Below are positions 8,297 through 21,040 of a stretch of 64,000 nt of DNA, in pieces. The notes under the pieces were generated by a model. That model was not told the DNA's origin and searched no databases. It saw only the letters and a list, made by a program, of their open reading frames with translations. Numbering within the stretch: position 1 is the stretch's first letter; each line of letters starts with the position of its first letter. A program made the translations under genes and the position numbers. Source of the DNA: an uncultured delta proteobacterium (GTDB lineage Bacteria > Myxococcota_A > Polyangia > Polyangiales > JAFGIB01); contig CAVZVA010000009.1 of assembly GCA_963778655.1 (NCBI GenBank), forward strand, positions 1,344,001 through 1,408,000. The letters run 5' to 3'.

Positions 8297-11200
8297 CTAC
8301 GGCCCGACGTGGAAGCAGTAGAGCGGCGCGCTGGCGCCGCAGGGCGCCGTCTGGGCGTTGGTCCAGGTCCCATCGGTGCCGGTCGGCAAGCCCACGCTGG
8401 CCGTCATCGTGCGGTCGTTGGTCGACCAGCCCCCGCAATCCGTGTTGGTCGCGAGCCCGGCGGCGTTCGTGCCGGTGAAGACGTACGGGGCCTGCGGCGT
8501 TCCGCCGCCTTCGTCGATGTTGATCGGAGCCTGCAACGGCGTGTTCACCGTGTTGAGCAGGTCCGCGAGGCTGGCCGCGACCAGCTTGCCGTCGGTGCGG
8601 TAGTAGGGGCCGTCCGTGATCCGCGTGTAGGCGGGCGTGCTCGAGGTGCTGAGCCAGGCCACGTATTTCCCGGGGAAGCCCGCGCCGTTGGCCATGCTCT
8701 GGCACATCTTGTCGGCCCCGTCCAAGCCGCCGGTGGCGCCGAACGGCTTGCTGGTGATGAACACGTGCTGCCCGCAGCGGCCCTGGACGCAGCCCAAGCT
8801 GGCGGCACAGGCGTGGCCGCAGGTTCCGCAGTTGGCAGGGTCGTTCATCAGGTCCACGCCCGGCGCGCCCGGGCAGCTGTCCTGGAAGCAGTAGAGCGCA
8901 AGCTTGGTGTCGCAGGTCGGTGGGGCGGCGACACTGGCGGTGTACGTCCAGGTGGCGTCCGCCTTGACGCTTTGGCCGATCGAGCCGGTCGCGCTGGCGA
9001 TGTTCGAGGTCCAACTGTTGCAGGTCGAGGTCGAGCCGCTGCCATCGACCATGGTGCCGGTCCAGACCTGCGTATCGCGCACCTCGCCCCACTCGGTCAG
9101 GTCGATCGGAACCGGAGCGGAGTCGCTCCCCAGGACTCCGTCGGTCAGGTCGGCCTTGTCATTGGCCACGATGGTCGTGTCCACGCGCGCGTACGGCCCC
9201 TCGCTGATGCGGTCGACGGCGTTGGCGCCACCCGCCCCGGCGCTTCCGGTGCTGAGCCACGCCGTGAAGGTGCCCGCCAAGTTCGCGCTCGCGGCGATGT
9301 CGGTGCAGGCCTTGTCCGCGGCCACCGTGCCGCCGAACGCGCCGTCGTGCTGGTTGCCCGTCGAGGTCACGAACACCACCCACGGCGGCCCGGAGAAGCC
9401 GCAGCCCTTGGCGGTCGTCGAGTAGGTGGTGCCTCCCGGGCAACACAGGGCGCTGCTGCAGGTGCCCAGATCCTTGTGGCAGGGGGTGCCGTCCTTGGCC
9501 TTTGCGTCAGGCGGGCAAGTCTTGTTCAATCCGTCGCAAACCTCGGCGAGGTCACAGTCGTCGCTGGCGGCGCGGCAGGGCACGTTGGGACCGGCGACGG
9601 CGTCGTCGGGGCAGCTCTTGTTCGTCCCGTCGCAGCTCTCGGGGAGGTCGCAGACGCCGTTGGCGGCGCGGCAGGGCACGTTGGGACCGGCGACGGCGTC
9701 GGTGGGGCAGGTCTTGTTGCTGCCGTCGCAGTAGTCGTCGACGTCGCAGACGCCGTTTGCGGGCCGGCACAGCTTGGTCTTGGGCGCAGGCGCGTCGGTG
9801 GGGCAGGTCTTGTTGCTGCCGTCGCAGTAGTCGTCTGCGTCGCAAATGCCGTTTGCGGGCCGGCACAGCTTGGTCTTGGGCGCAGGCGCGTCGGCGGGGC
9901 AGGTCTTGTTGCTGCCGTCGCAGTAGTCGTCTGCGTCGCAGATGCCGTTTGCGGGCCGGCACACGGTGGTGCTTGGCTCGGGGACATCGGCAGGGCAAGT
10001 CTTGTTGCTGCCGTCGCAGTACTCGGGCTTGTCGCAAGCGCCGTTCGCGGCCCTGCACACGGTGGTGTTGGGCTCGGGGACATCGGCAGGGCAAGTCTTG
10101 TTGCTGCCGTCGCAGTACTCGGGCTTGTCGCAGGCGCCGTTCGCGGCCCTGCACACGGTGGTGTTGGGCTCGGGGACATCGGCGGGGCAAGTCTTGTTGC
10201 TGCCGTTGCAGTACTCGGGCTTGTCGCAGGCGCCGTTCGCGGCCCTGCACACGGTGGTGTTGGGCTCGGGGACATCGGCGGGGCAAGTCTTGTTGCTGCC
10301 GTTGCAGTACTCGGGCTTGTCGCAGGCGCCGTTCGCGGCCCTGCACACGGTGGTATTGGGCTCGGCGGCATCGGCTGGGCAGTCCTTGCTGCTGCCGTTG
10401 CAGCTCTCGGCCACGTCGCAGGCGCCGTTCTGCGCGCGACACACGGTACCGGCGAGCGCCACGCCGTCGCTCGGGCACGCCTTACCCACGCCGTCGCAGA
10501 AATCCGCCACGTCGCACAGTCGGCCGGCCTCTGCAGCCCGGCACTGCACGCTGCTGTCCTGCAATGCGTCTGCCGGGCACGCGGCGTCCGTACCCGTGCA
10601 GCTCTCCGCGCGATCGCACGGCCCGCCCGAGGCGCGGCACTCGGTGCCCGCGGTGACAAAGCCATCGCTCGGGCAAGCGGCCGAGCTGCCGGTGCAGGCC
10701 TCTGCCACGTCGCAGCTACCGGCCACCGGCCGGCATACGTGACCGGCCTGGGCGAGCACGTCGCTGGGGCAGTCCGTGGTCACGCCGTCGCAGGTCTCGG
10801 CTACATCGCAAGGCCCCGCAGGCTGACGGCAGATCGTGCCTTGCGCGGCGACCGCGTTGGTGGCCGGCGGGCAGTCCTTGCTGTCGCCGTCGCACACCTC
10901 GGGCGCGTCGCACGCTGCGGCGGGCAGACGGCACACCGTGCCGCTTGCGGCGGGTACGTCGGCCGGGCAGTCCTTGTCCACGCCGTCGCACAGCTCGGCC
11001 GCGTCGCAGGCCCCGGCCGCGGCGCGGCACTGCGTGTCGCTCGACGCGACCGCGTCCTTTGGGCAATCGGGGCCGGCGCCGCTGCAGCTCTCGGGCAGAT
11101 CGCAATCACCGGCGCTCTGGCGGCAGAGCGTGGTCGCGGCCTTGAACGTGTCGAGTGGGCACCGCTTGTGGCTGCCGTCGCAGCGCTCGGCCACGTCGCA

Positions 11201-11641
11201 GTCTCCGGCAACCGGGCGGCACTCGGTGTCCTTCGCCACCAGGACGTCCTCGGGGCACTCCGCACTTTGGCCGTCGCACGCCTCGGCTACGTCGCACCCG
11301 CCTTCGGCAGAGCGACAGGTCACGTCCTTGGCTTGCACTCCATCGCAGCTGTCGTTGCAGCAGCCCTGCAGCCCGGGATCGCAGCGCTCTCCCGGATCGA
11401 GCACGCCGTTGCCGCAGTGCTGGCCGCCGTCGGGGGGCAGCGGCGTGATGATGATCTCGGGCGCGCTGGCGGAGGTGTTGCCCTGCGCGGGGTCTGCGGG
11501 CGGCGTGAAGGAGCCCTCGCCCTCGCTCGCCGACTTGTCGAGCTTGGGCGCGCTGCTCAGGCCGCAGCCCGCCGCGCCCAGCACCATCGCCGCCAATGAC
11601 CCTACCCAGAGCCGCGAGAAATCGCGGTAGCCGGCGCTCAC
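8297..11641 (-). CDS. Lipoprotein with 19 disintegrin-like repeats and two C-terminal DUF1554/endostatin-like domains
   Basis: Lipobox AAGC; CGNGVLDPGERCD; 19 x CR-x(5-7)-CD-xx-E/D-x-C-x-G-x4-CP; two VF(V/I)TS...GGxxxADKxC...AWLST domains separated by DPANCGTCGHAC. Confidence 0.85.
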   Translation of the reverse strand: MSAGYRDFSRLWVGSLAAMVLGAAGCGLSSAPKLDKSASEGEGSFTPPADPAQGNTSASAPEIIITPLPPDGGQHCGNGVLDPGERCDPGLQGCCNDSCDGVQAKDVTCRSAEGGCDVAEACDGQSAECPEDVLVAKDTECRPVAGDCDVAERCDGSHKRCPLDTFKAATTLCRQSAGDCDLPESCSGAGPDCPKDAVASSDTQCRAAAGACDAAELCDGVDKDCPADVPAASGTVCRLPAAACDAPEVCDGDSKDCPPATNAVAAQGTICRQPAGPCDVAETCDGVTTDCPSDVLAQAGHVCRPVAGSCDVAEACTGSSAACPSDGFVTAGTECRASGGPCDRAESCTGTDAACPADALQDSSVQCRAAEAGRLCDVADFCDGVGKACPSDGVALAGTVCRAQNGACDVAESCNGSSKDCPADAAEPNTTVCRAANGACDKPEYCNGSNKTCPADVPEPNTTVCRAANGACDKPEYCNGSNKTCPADVPEPNTTVCRAANGACDKPEYCDGSNKTCPADVPEPNTTVCRAANGACDKPEYCDGSNKTCPADVPEPSTTVCRPANGICDADDYCDGSNKTCPADAPAPKTKLCRPANGICDADDYCDGSNKTCPTDAPAPKTKLCRPANGVCDVDDYCDGSNKTCPTDAVAGPNVPCRAANGVCDLPESCDGTNKSCPDDAVAGPNVPCRAASDDCDLAEVCDGLNKTCPPDAKAKDGTPCHKDLGTCSSALCCPGGTTYSTTAKGCGFSGPPWVVFVTSTGNQHDGAFGGTVAADKACTDIAASANLAGTFTAWLSTGSAGAGGANAVDRISEGPYARVDTTIVANDKADLTDGVLGSDSAPVPIDLTEWGEVRDTQVWTGTMVDGSGSTSTCNSWTSNIASATGSIGQSVKADATWTYTASVAAPPTCDTKLALYCFQDSCPGAPGVDLMNDPANCGTCGHACAASLGCVQGRCGQHVFITSKPFGATGGLDGADKMCQSMANGAGFPGKYVAWLSTSSTPAYTRITDGPYYRTDGKLVAASLADLLNTVNTPLQAPINIDEGGGTPQAPYVFTGTNAAGLATNTDCGGWSTNDRTMTASVGLPTGTDGTWTNAQTAPCGASAPLYCFHVGP
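9490..11317 (-). repeat. Intragenic tandem repeat array, 96-bp (32-aa) unit
   Basis: Units 11-14 are near-identical at DNA level (about 9965-10350); units 15-17 form a second near-identical block. Confidence 0.9.
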
Positions 11642-11858
11642 TGTGGATGAACCGCTACGCACACCTGATCCCCTCGCATCCGGCAAGAGATAGGGTGTAT
11701 GCCAAACCCGAGGTGCCGTCCAGCGCCCACGCCCGCCGGGGCGAAAGCGGCCGAGTGATTTGGATCACCTCGCACCCGACCTGAGGTCGACTGCACGGGT
11801 CGCCGAGCGGAAATATGCATCGAGCACGCCCTGCGGTCGCTGCCGGGTGCTCGAAACG

Positions 11859-12779
11859 CTACCCGCCGCGCTCCGCCCCGTCCTGCCAGACGGCGGCCCA
11901 CGGCATGCAGGCGGTGGAGCGGGCGAGCCCGAGGCTGCCGTCGCGTGCCACCACGATCACGCCGCCCTCTCCGTTGACGCGTTGGGCCAGCGTGGCGATC
12001 CCCGCGCGCGCTGCGGCCTCTGCGCCGAGGCCGGCTCCGGCCGCGGCAGCCACGCTCGCGCACAAGCTCACGCGGATGATGCCTTCGCCAGGTCCGGTGG
12101 CCGAGGCGGCGCAGCGCGTGTCGTCGGCATAGGTGCCCGCGCCGATCAGCGGCGAATCGCCGACGCGACCTGCGCGCTTGGCGGTCATGCCGCCTGTGCT
12201 GGTGGCCGCGGCCAGGTGGCCGTGGCGATCGCGCGCCACCGCGCCCACGGTGTTGCCGCCTCGGGGTTGGGCGCGGCCCGCCAGCACCTGTACGAGTTGC
12301 TCCTTGGAACGCGCCGTGATCATGCTCGCCGGATCGGCGGGCAAAAATCCGCTGCGCCGCGCAAACGCAGCGGCGCCCGCGGCCGCGTACAGCACGTGCC
12401 GTCCGTCCTCGAGCGCGGCGCGCGCAATCGCCACAGGGTGCCGGTACGGCGGCAAGCAGCAGACCGCGCCCGCGCGCAGGGCCGCACCCTCCATGATCGA
12501 CGCGTCGAGCTCGAGCTCGCCTTGTTCGGTGAGCGAGCCGCCGGTGCCGGCGTTGAAGCAGGGGTCGTCCTCCAGCGCCTCCACCGCCCGCTGTACCGCG
12601 TCGAGCGCGCTGGCGCCGCCGCGCAAAATCGCCGCGGCCTGCTCGGAGGCCCGCGCGCAGCCTTCGATCTCGGCGGCGAGCGTCTCGGCCCCACGCGCTC
12701 CGGCCCCCCCGTGCACCAGCACGCAGGCAGCGGGCACCCGTTGCGAGAACCCCCAGCCGAAAGTCACCTCGACGCTCAT
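11859..12779 (-). CDS. iaaA: Isoaspartyl peptidase/L-asparaginase (Ntn hydrolase)
   Basis: VHGGAG, LEDDPCFNAGTG, ELDASIM, NTVGAVA, AATSTGG, GRVGDSP motifs. Confidence 0.92.
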   Translation of the reverse strand: MSVEVTFGWGFSQRVPAACVLVHGGAGARGAETLAAEIEGCARASEQAAAILRGGASALDAVQRAVEALEDDPCFNAGTGGSLTEQGELELDASIMEGAALRAGAVCCLPPYRHPVAIARAALEDGRHVLYAAAGAAAFARRSGFLPADPASMITARSKEQLVQVLAGRAQPRGGNTVGAVARDRHGHLAAATSTGGMTAKRAGRVGDSPLIGAGTYADDTRCAASATGPGEGIIRVSLCASVAAAAGAGLGAEAAARAGIATLAQRVNGEGGVIVVARDGSLGLARSTACMPWAAVWQDGAERGG

Positions 12780-12795
12780 CGTCTGCGCACGTCGC

Positions 12796-15089
<2,294 letters not shown>

Positions 15090-15090
<1 letters not shown>

Positions 15091-15416
15091 CAGTCCTCCG
15101 GCTCGATCGAGAGCATCAGGGGGAACTCGCGCTGGCGGGCCAGGGTCTCGACCATGCCCACCTTCATCTCGGCAACCTCGTAGGTATAGACGCCCGCCAC
15201 CCCCACGCCATTGTGGTGGACGTGGAGCATGATCTGGACCGCCTCCGGCTCGGGGCGGTGGAACACGGTCTTGAGCACCTCGACCACGAACTCGCGGGTG
15301 GTGTAGTCGTCGTTGTGCAGCAGCACCTTGAAGAGAGGCGGCTTCTTGAGCTTGCGCTCCGTCTTGGTGCGGCTGCGGGTGATGGTCCCGCTCTCGGACT
15401 GGTTCTCCTCAGCCAT
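15090..15416 (-). CDS. clpS: Clp protease adaptor ClpS
   Basis: KVLLHNDDYTTREFVVEVL...MLHVHHNG...FPL; one-base overlap with clpA. Confidence 0.97.
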
Positions 15417-15474
15417 TCAGAAGCCCATTCTAGATCCTGGAACGCGCGACGGCACGCCCGCGCTGCCCGCGCGT

Positions 15475-15972
15475 TCATCCGGGGCCCCCTCCGGCCCGGG
15501 CGCGCGCCCGGGCCAGGGCCTGGTACACGGCCTGGCCGAGATCGTGCACACCCAGGCCCTGGTAGCGGGGCTCGAGCTCCAGCGGCGGCCCGCCGTCCCT
15601 GCGCGCGAGCGAGACCGTGAGCCGGTCCTCGTCCACGCGCACCGACTCGACCTCCTTCCAGGGCAGCACCTGCAGGCGCTCGCCCTCACGCAGCCGCAGC
15701 GCGTCCCGGTCGAGCTCGAGGTAGTGCTCGGCCTGCGCGCGGGTCAGCCTGCGCGCACGCAGCGCGCGCACGATCCACAGGCCCGCGAACGCGAAGCCCG
15801 AAAGCGCGAACAGGCGCAAGAAGGGGTAGGGCAGGGCGAGCAGCCACACGCTCGCCGGCAGCACCAGCAGGGCGGCGGCGATGCGCAGGCCGGCGGCCTC
15901 GCGCTCGGCGCGCACGTCGAGCGCGAAGCGCACGCGCTCGCTCGGGCTGGGATCGGGATCGGGATCGGCCAT
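15475..15972 (-). CDS. Hypothetical membrane protein
   Basis: Two TM segments followed by a small soluble domain. Confidence 0.6.
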   Translation of the reverse strand: MADPDPDPSPSERVRFALDVRAEREAAGLRIAAALLVLPASVWLLALPYPFLRLFALSGFAFAGLWIVRALRARRLTRAQAEHYLELDRDALRLREGERLQVLPWKEVESVRVDEDRLTVSLARRDGGPPLELEPRYQGLGVHDLGQAVYQALARARARAGGGPG

Positions 15973-16063
15973 GCGGGGACCGCGCCGCACAATTTAGCAC
16001 GCCGCGCGGACCGTGGTCGGGGGGCGCGATCCGTGTTACGAGGGCCCTCTGGAGGAGATCGCC

Positions 16064-17104
16064 ATGAAGCTCGGCCTGGTCGTCGGTTACTCGGGACGGC
16101 ACCTGACGCTGCCGATGGAGCAGGTGCTGCTGGCGGAGCGGCTGGGCTTCGACTCGTGCTGGACCGCCGAGGCGTACGGCTCGGATGCGGTCACCCCGGC
16201 CGCGTACATGCTGGCCAAGACCCAGAAGATCCGCGTCGGCACCGCGATCATGCAGATGCCGGCACGCGCGCCGACCATGGCCGCGATGACCGCGATCTCG
16301 CTCGACCATCTCTCGGGTGGCCGCTTCATCGTCGGCATCGGGCCGTCGGGGCCGCAGGTGGTGGAGGGGTGGTACGGCGCCAGCTACGCCAAGCCGCTGA
16401 CGCGCCAGCGCGAGTACATCGAGATCATGCGCATGGTGTTCGCGCGCAAGGCGCCGGTGGAGTACTCGGGCTACCACTACCAGCTGCCCTACCGGGGCGA
16501 GGACGGCAGCGGGCTGGGCAAGCCGCTCAAGAGCATCCTGCACTGCGAGCACGAGATCCCGATCTACACCGCGAGCTTGCAGCCCAAGGCGGTGGCGATG
16601 GCCGCGGAGCTGTGCTCGGGCTTCTTCCCGGTGTGGATGAACCCGGAGCGCTTCGACATCTTCGCCGGCGCGATCGAAAAGGGGCTGGCCAAGGCCGGCG
16701 GCGGCAAGAGCCTGGCCGATTTCGACGTGGCGCCGTTCGTAACGGTGATCGTTGGCGACGACGTCGCGCAGTGCCGGATGCCGGTCAAGGCGATGCTCGC
16801 GCTGTACATCGGCGGGATGGGCGCGCGCGACAAGAACTTCTACAACACCTACGCCACGCAGCTGGGCTACGGCGGCGCAGCCAAGCAGATCCAGGATCTA
16901 TACCTCGACGGCAAGAAGGCCGAAGCGGCGGCCGCCGTTCCGGACCAGCTGGTCGATGACATCGCGCTGGTGGGCCCCGAGGCGCGCATCCGCGAGCGCG
17001 CGCAGCGCTGGATCGAGGCGGGCAAGAAGCACCACGTGGGCTCGATGCTGCTGGGCAGCGGCCAGCCCGAAGCGCTGCAGCTGATGGCCGAGCTGGTGCT
17101 GTAG
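16064..17104 (+). CDS. LLM class (luciferase-like, probably F420-dependent) oxidoreductase
   Basis: AERLGFDSCWTAEAYGSDA, SGPQVVEGWYG, LALYIGGMGARDKNFYN motifs; GGAG RBS before ATG 16064. Confidence 0.9.
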   Translation: MKLGLVVGYSGRHLTLPMEQVLLAERLGFDSCWTAEAYGSDAVTPAAYMLAKTQKIRVGTAIMQMPARAPTMAAMTAISLDHLSGGRFIVGIGPSGPQVVEGWYGASYAKPLTRQREYIEIMRMVFARKAPVEYSGYHYQLPYRGEDGSGLGKPLKSILHCEHEIPIYTASLQPKAVAMAAELCSGFFPVWMNPERFDIFAGAIEKGLAKAGGGKSLADFDVAPFVTVIVGDDVAQCRMPVKAMLALYIGGMGARDKNFYNTYATQLGYGGAAKQIQDLYLDGKKAEAAAAVPDQLVDDIALVGPEARIRERAQRWIEAGKKHHVGSMLLGSGQPEALQLMAELVL

Positions 17105-17134
17105 ATAGCGCCTCGCTGCGGACCTCCGCGGTCA

Positions 17135-18430
17135 CTACGAGGGGCCTTGCACCGGACAGCCCAGGACCACGTCCACGCGACCGCCCTGGTCGCCGCGCAC
17201 CGTGTCGCAGATCGTTCCGCACAGCTCGATTCGACCGCCGTCGGGGCTGTACTGCCAGCCTTGTGCGCCTGCGTCGCAGGCAGCGCGCGCGTCTTGCGGG
17301 ACGACCTTGGCGCCCGAGCCATCGCCCGGCGTATACACGACGTTGACCCGCTGCTTGTCGAGCCCGGCTTGTGGCGAGCTCGGCAGGGGTAGCTCGCAGA
17401 TCGCTGCCTGGCCGGTGATCGCGGTGAGGGCGCTGCTGAGCGCGGCGGCGAAGTCGCTCTGCCGAGTCATGTCGAAGTGGCATTCTCCGGCCGCGGCATC
17501 ACAACCTTTGGGCGCGGTTCCGCCTGCCAGCGCGATCTCGGAAAGCTCTTTACGAGCCGGCTCTGAGCCCGGCGCGCCGATCACGAAGGTGCGGATGTCG
17601 GCCCCCGGCGAGGCGGCCTTGGGCACCTCGCTGGTGATCAGCAAGTCGGTACACTGGGCGGCGTCGCTGCAACGGGCAGTATCCGAGCACTGCTCGCTCT
17701 GCTGGCCGTCTGTCAGCAGGACCACGAAGCTGTTGCCCGAGATCTTCTGGTCGAGCGCCAGCGCGTGCAAATGCTTGTAGGCCAGGATGGTGGCGCCGAC
17801 CAGCGGGGTGCCTCCGTTCGGGGTCACGTTGTCGAGGCTTGCCTGCAGCGCCGCGAGCTGTGTCGCATCCAGCGGGTGAAGCGCCACGCTCGGGGTGGAG
17901 CTGACGCCGCAAGCGTCGTCGTTGCTGAAGTAGCTGATCCCGACGCTGGCGGTGGCCGGAAGCTGATGCACGGCGGCGATCAATGCGTCCTTGGTGATCT
18001 CCCACTTGCTGGGCTTGGCCGGATCGGCACGCTTGGGATCGCTCTCACAGGACGTCGAGTCCGTGATCGGGGGCGGGTTGCAGCTCATGCTGCCGCTGCG
18101 GTCGATCACGAACAGCAGGTTCGCCGGCAAGAGCGCGGATTGCGCGCTGGCCGTCGCACAGCTCCCCTGCAGAACGCTGTTGGCGTCGAGCCCCGTAGCC
18201 TTGGGCGCGCCCGCTTGGGGATTGCTCGCCCCGGACGGCTCCATCGTGGACGCATTGCCGAAGTCCGACGCCGCGGCCTTGGTTGCGGGCCCCGACGTGC
18301 CGGCCGCCATCGCGCCGGGGTCGCTGGGGCGGCTGTCCGTGTTCGAGCCGGCGCCGCAACCCGCGCAGACTCCACCCGCACACGCGCCCGCAAGCAGCAG
18401 CAACAGCTCGCTTGTGCGTCCGAGCTTCAC
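17135..18430 (-). CDS. von Willebrand factor A domain lipoprotein
   Basis: MIDAS motif DRSGSM, GGTP, LLTDG; Cys-rich C-terminus typical of myxobacterial vWA proteins. Confidence 0.85.
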   Translation of the reverse strand: MKLGRTSELLLLLAGACAGGVCAGCGAGSNTDSRPSDPGAMAAGTSGPATKAAASDFGNASTMEPSGASNPQAGAPKATGLDANSVLQGSCATASAQSALLPANLLFVIDRSGSMSCNPPPITDSTSCESDPKRADPAKPSKWEITKDALIAAVHQLPATASVGISYFSNDDACGVSSTPSVALHPLDATQLAALQASLDNVTPNGGTPLVGATILAYKHLHALALDQKISGNSFVVLLTDGQQSEQCSDTARCSDAAQCTDLLITSEVPKAASPGADIRTFVIGAPGSEPARKELSEIALAGGTAPKGCDAAAGECHFDMTRQSDFAAALSSALTAITGQAAICELPLPSSPQAGLDKQRVNVVYTPGDGSGAKVVPQDARAACDAGAQGWQYSPDGGRIELCGTICDTVRGDQGGRVDVVLGCPVQGPS

Positions 18431-18431
18431 G

Positions 18432-19205
18432 TCACGGCATCCAGGTCGCCGACCATGGCCCCACGCAAGCGCCGCCCGCGCCCAGGCCATCTGTGATCAT
18501 CATGTTCCAGTCGCCGCTCAGCGTGACGCTGCTGCGGTCGAGGCTGCCGGAAAGCGTGCCCTCGAAGGCTCCGACCTGCAGCGCAGTAGCGTCGCCCAAG
18601 CCGTAGGCGCCCTCGGTCGCCATGCCCGTCAGCGTATTCGTCTTGCAGTCGAGCTCGCCGACGAGCTTGGCGGTGAAGTTGAAGACCACGTCGGCGTCGC
18701 CGTCGATATGGCCATCCACTATCTCGAGAAACTCGCCGTTCTGGGAAGGCTGCAGCGTGAACACGACAGGCCCGGTGGCCACGAAGGGCGCGCTGGGATC
18801 GATGCCGGGGCCGACGTAGTCGCAGGTGAAGGTGCCGCTGTAGGTACCGGGTTGGCAGCTCCCCATGCCGGGCTGGGTCTCGGCCCACTCGAACATGATG
18901 CTCGGGTCGGCGGGCGTCGGCTCGGCCTGCAGCATGCCTGGGGGCGAGCCTGCTGCAGGGCGGGGCGCCGCAGCGCTCGCGCCGGCATCGGTCTTGTGCG
19001 CGTCGCTCGCGTCGCTCGCGCCAGTGCCCGCGGCCCCCGCGTCAGTCATGGCCCCGCTGCCGCCGTGGCCTGCGGTCGCCGATTGCCTCGCCTCGTTGCC
19101 GCCTGCGCCGCCTCGGCCACCGCCACCGCCACCGCCACTGCAGCCAAGCGCGAGCGCCACCAACCACGCTGCCGCGCCACGACCGAGCGCCCGCTGACTG
19201 GTCAT
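18432..19205 (-). CDS. Hypothetical lipoprotein
   Basis: Lipobox ALGC, Gly/Ala linker and a beta-rich domain; abuts the vWA gene. Confidence 0.75.
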   Translation of the reverse strand: MTSQRALGRGAAAWLVALALGCSGGGGGGGRGGAGGNEARQSATAGHGGSGAMTDAGAAGTGASDASDAHKTDAGASAAAPRPAAGSPPGMLQAEPTPADPSIMFEWAETQPGMGSCQPGTYSGTFTCDYVGPGIDPSAPFVATGPVVFTLQPSQNGEFLEIVDGHIDGDADVVFNFTAKLVGELDCKTNTLTGMATEGAYGLGDATALQVGAFEGTLSGSLDRSSVTLSGDWNMMITDGLGAGGACVGPWSATWMP

Positions 19206-19356
19206 CGGCCGCACCCCACCAAACTCCCGAGCCACGGATTGGCACTAATTATCTGAGGAGTCAATAACCGGCAACGCCGTGAGCTTGGCCGCGCTCGCCA
19301 GCGGAATTTGCGCCATCTGCTTTATCGGCTACCGTCGCGGGCCCGAGGAGCTGGGT

Positions 19357-20025
19357 ATGCCCAAGGCTCGACGCAAAGCGAGGCGCGGACCCGGCCGTCC
19401 GCCGGGCCATACCAGCCACGCGACCCGAGCGAGCATCTTGAGGGCCGCACGCGCCTGCTTTGCCGAACGGGGCTTTGCGCTCACGACCAACCGCGAAATC
19501 GCCGGATGCGCCGGGGTGACCGCGGCCGCCATCTATCAGTACTTCGATTCCAAGCTCGCGCTCTACCTCGCGACTGCGCGCGACGCGGTGGCAGACGTCG
19601 CAGCCCACATCCGCGCTCACGCCGCGACCGGAGACTCCACCGCGGGCGCGCTGCGCGAAGTCGTGCTCAGTCTGCTGGCCCTGCACGACGCCGATCCCTC
19701 GCTGACGCCCTTCTTCTCCGGCCTGCGCTTCGAGCTGCAGCGCAACCCCGAAATCGCCAAGGCGATCAAGGCGGACCGCGATGAGCTGTTGTTGGCCATG
19801 GTCGAGGTGGTTCAGCGCGGTGTTGCCAGGGGCGACCTCGACGCGGCCGACGTCCCTCGCGTATCGGCGATGTTCATCGCCTGCATAATCGGCTTGTCGC
19901 AGCTGGCCACCCTGATCGGGCGCGAGCCCTTCGCCGGTACCGTGCAGGCGTTCGCCCAGTTGCTCGACGGCAGCCTGCTGCCGCGCCCGAAGCCGCGCCG
20001 CAAGAGAGCCCGTGCCGGGCCTTGA
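19357..20025 (+). CDS. TetR/AcrR family regulator
   Basis: ILRAARACFAERGFALTTNREIAGCAGVTAAAIYQYFDSK HTH. Confidence 0.92.
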   Translation: MPKARRKARRGPGRPPGHTSHATRASILRAARACFAERGFALTTNREIAGCAGVTAAAIYQYFDSKLALYLATARDAVADVAAHIRAHAATGDSTAGALREVVLSLLALHDADPSLTPFFSGLRFELQRNPEIAKAIKADRDELLLAMVEVVQRGVARGDLDAADVPRVSAMFIACIIGLSQLATLIGREPFAGTVQAFAQLLDGSLLPRPKPRRKRARAGP

Positions 20026-20053
20026 GCTCGCCCCGGCTCACGCTCTGCAGCAG

Positions 20054-21040
20054 TTACCCCAGCGCGCGCGCGGCTTCCAGCGCGTGGTAGGTCAGGATCA
20101 GGTCTGCACCCGCGCGCTTGATCGAGGTCAGGATCTCCAGCATCACGCGCGTGCCGTCGAGCCAGCCGGCGCGCGCCGCGGCCTTCACCATCGCGTATTC
20201 GCCGCTCACGTTGTACGCGGCGACCGGCACGTCGGTCAGCGCCCGCACGCGCGTGATCACGTCGAGGTAGCTCAGCGCCGGCTTGACCATCACCATGTCC
20301 GCGCCCTCTTCGAGATCGAGCCGCACCTCGCGCAGTGCCTCGCGCGCGTTGGCCGGGTCCATCTGGTAGCCGCGCCGGTCGCCTTGCTGCGGCGCGCTGT
20401 CCGCGGCCTCGCGAAACGGGCCGTAGAAGGCGCTGGCGTACTTGGCCGCGTAGCTCAGGATGGCGACGTCGGGGAAGCCATCGTTGTCGAGCGCCTTGCG
20501 GATGGCGCGCACGCGGCCGTCCATCATGTCGCTGGGCGCGACCACGTCGGCGCCCGACTCGGCGTGGCACAACGCCTCGCGTACCAGCAGCTCCAGCGTA
20601 GCGTCGTTGTCGACCTCGACCTGGCCCCCGCGCCCCTGGACCAGCTTGCCGCAGTGGCCGTGGTCGGTGTACTCGCACATGCACACGTCGGTCATCACCA
20701 CCAGCTCGGGCAGCGCATCCTTGATGGCGCGCACGCTGCGCGCGACCGGGCCCTGCATGTCCCAGCCCGAGCTGCCGAGCGCGTCCTTGTGCTCGGGCAG
20801 GCCGAACAGGATCACGCTCAATACGCCCGCCGCTGCCGCGGCCTTGGCTTCCACCACGATCTGGTCGACCGAGAGCTGGAACACGCCCGGCATCGAGGCC
20901 ACCTCGCGCCGCTCGCCATGCCCCGGCATGGCGAACAGCGGCAGGATGAGGTCGCTGGGGCTGAGCTCGGTCTCGCGCACCAGCGCGCGCAGTCCCGCGC
21001 TGCGCCGTAACCTGCGCGGTCGTTGTTGGGGAAAGGTCAT
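20054..21040 (-). CDS. hemB: Porphobilinogen synthase
   Basis: [14 protein letters not shown]n site, [25 protein letters not shown]. Confidence 0.97.
   Translation of the reverse strand: MTFPQQRPRRLRRSAGLRALVRETELSPSDLILPLFAMPGHGERREVASMPGVFQLSVDQIVVEAKAAAAAGVLSVILFGLPEHKDALGSSGWDMQGPVARSVRAIKDALPELVVMTDVCMCEYTDHGHCGKLVQGRGGQVEVDNDATLELLVREALCHAESGADVVAPSDMMDGRVRAIRKALDNDGFPDVAILSYAAKYASAFYGPFREAADSAPQQGDRRGYQMDPANAREALREVRLDLEEGADMVMVKPALSYLDVITRVRALTDVPVAAYNVSGEYAMVKAAARAGWLDGTRVMLEILTSIKRAGADLILTYHALEAARALG

Noticed and set aside
8309..11599. Long antisense or alternate-frame ORFs (e.g. 8309-11599, 12133-14982, 30987-33659, 5110-7380)
   Set aside because: Shadow ORFs expected at this GC content, overlapping well-supported genes.
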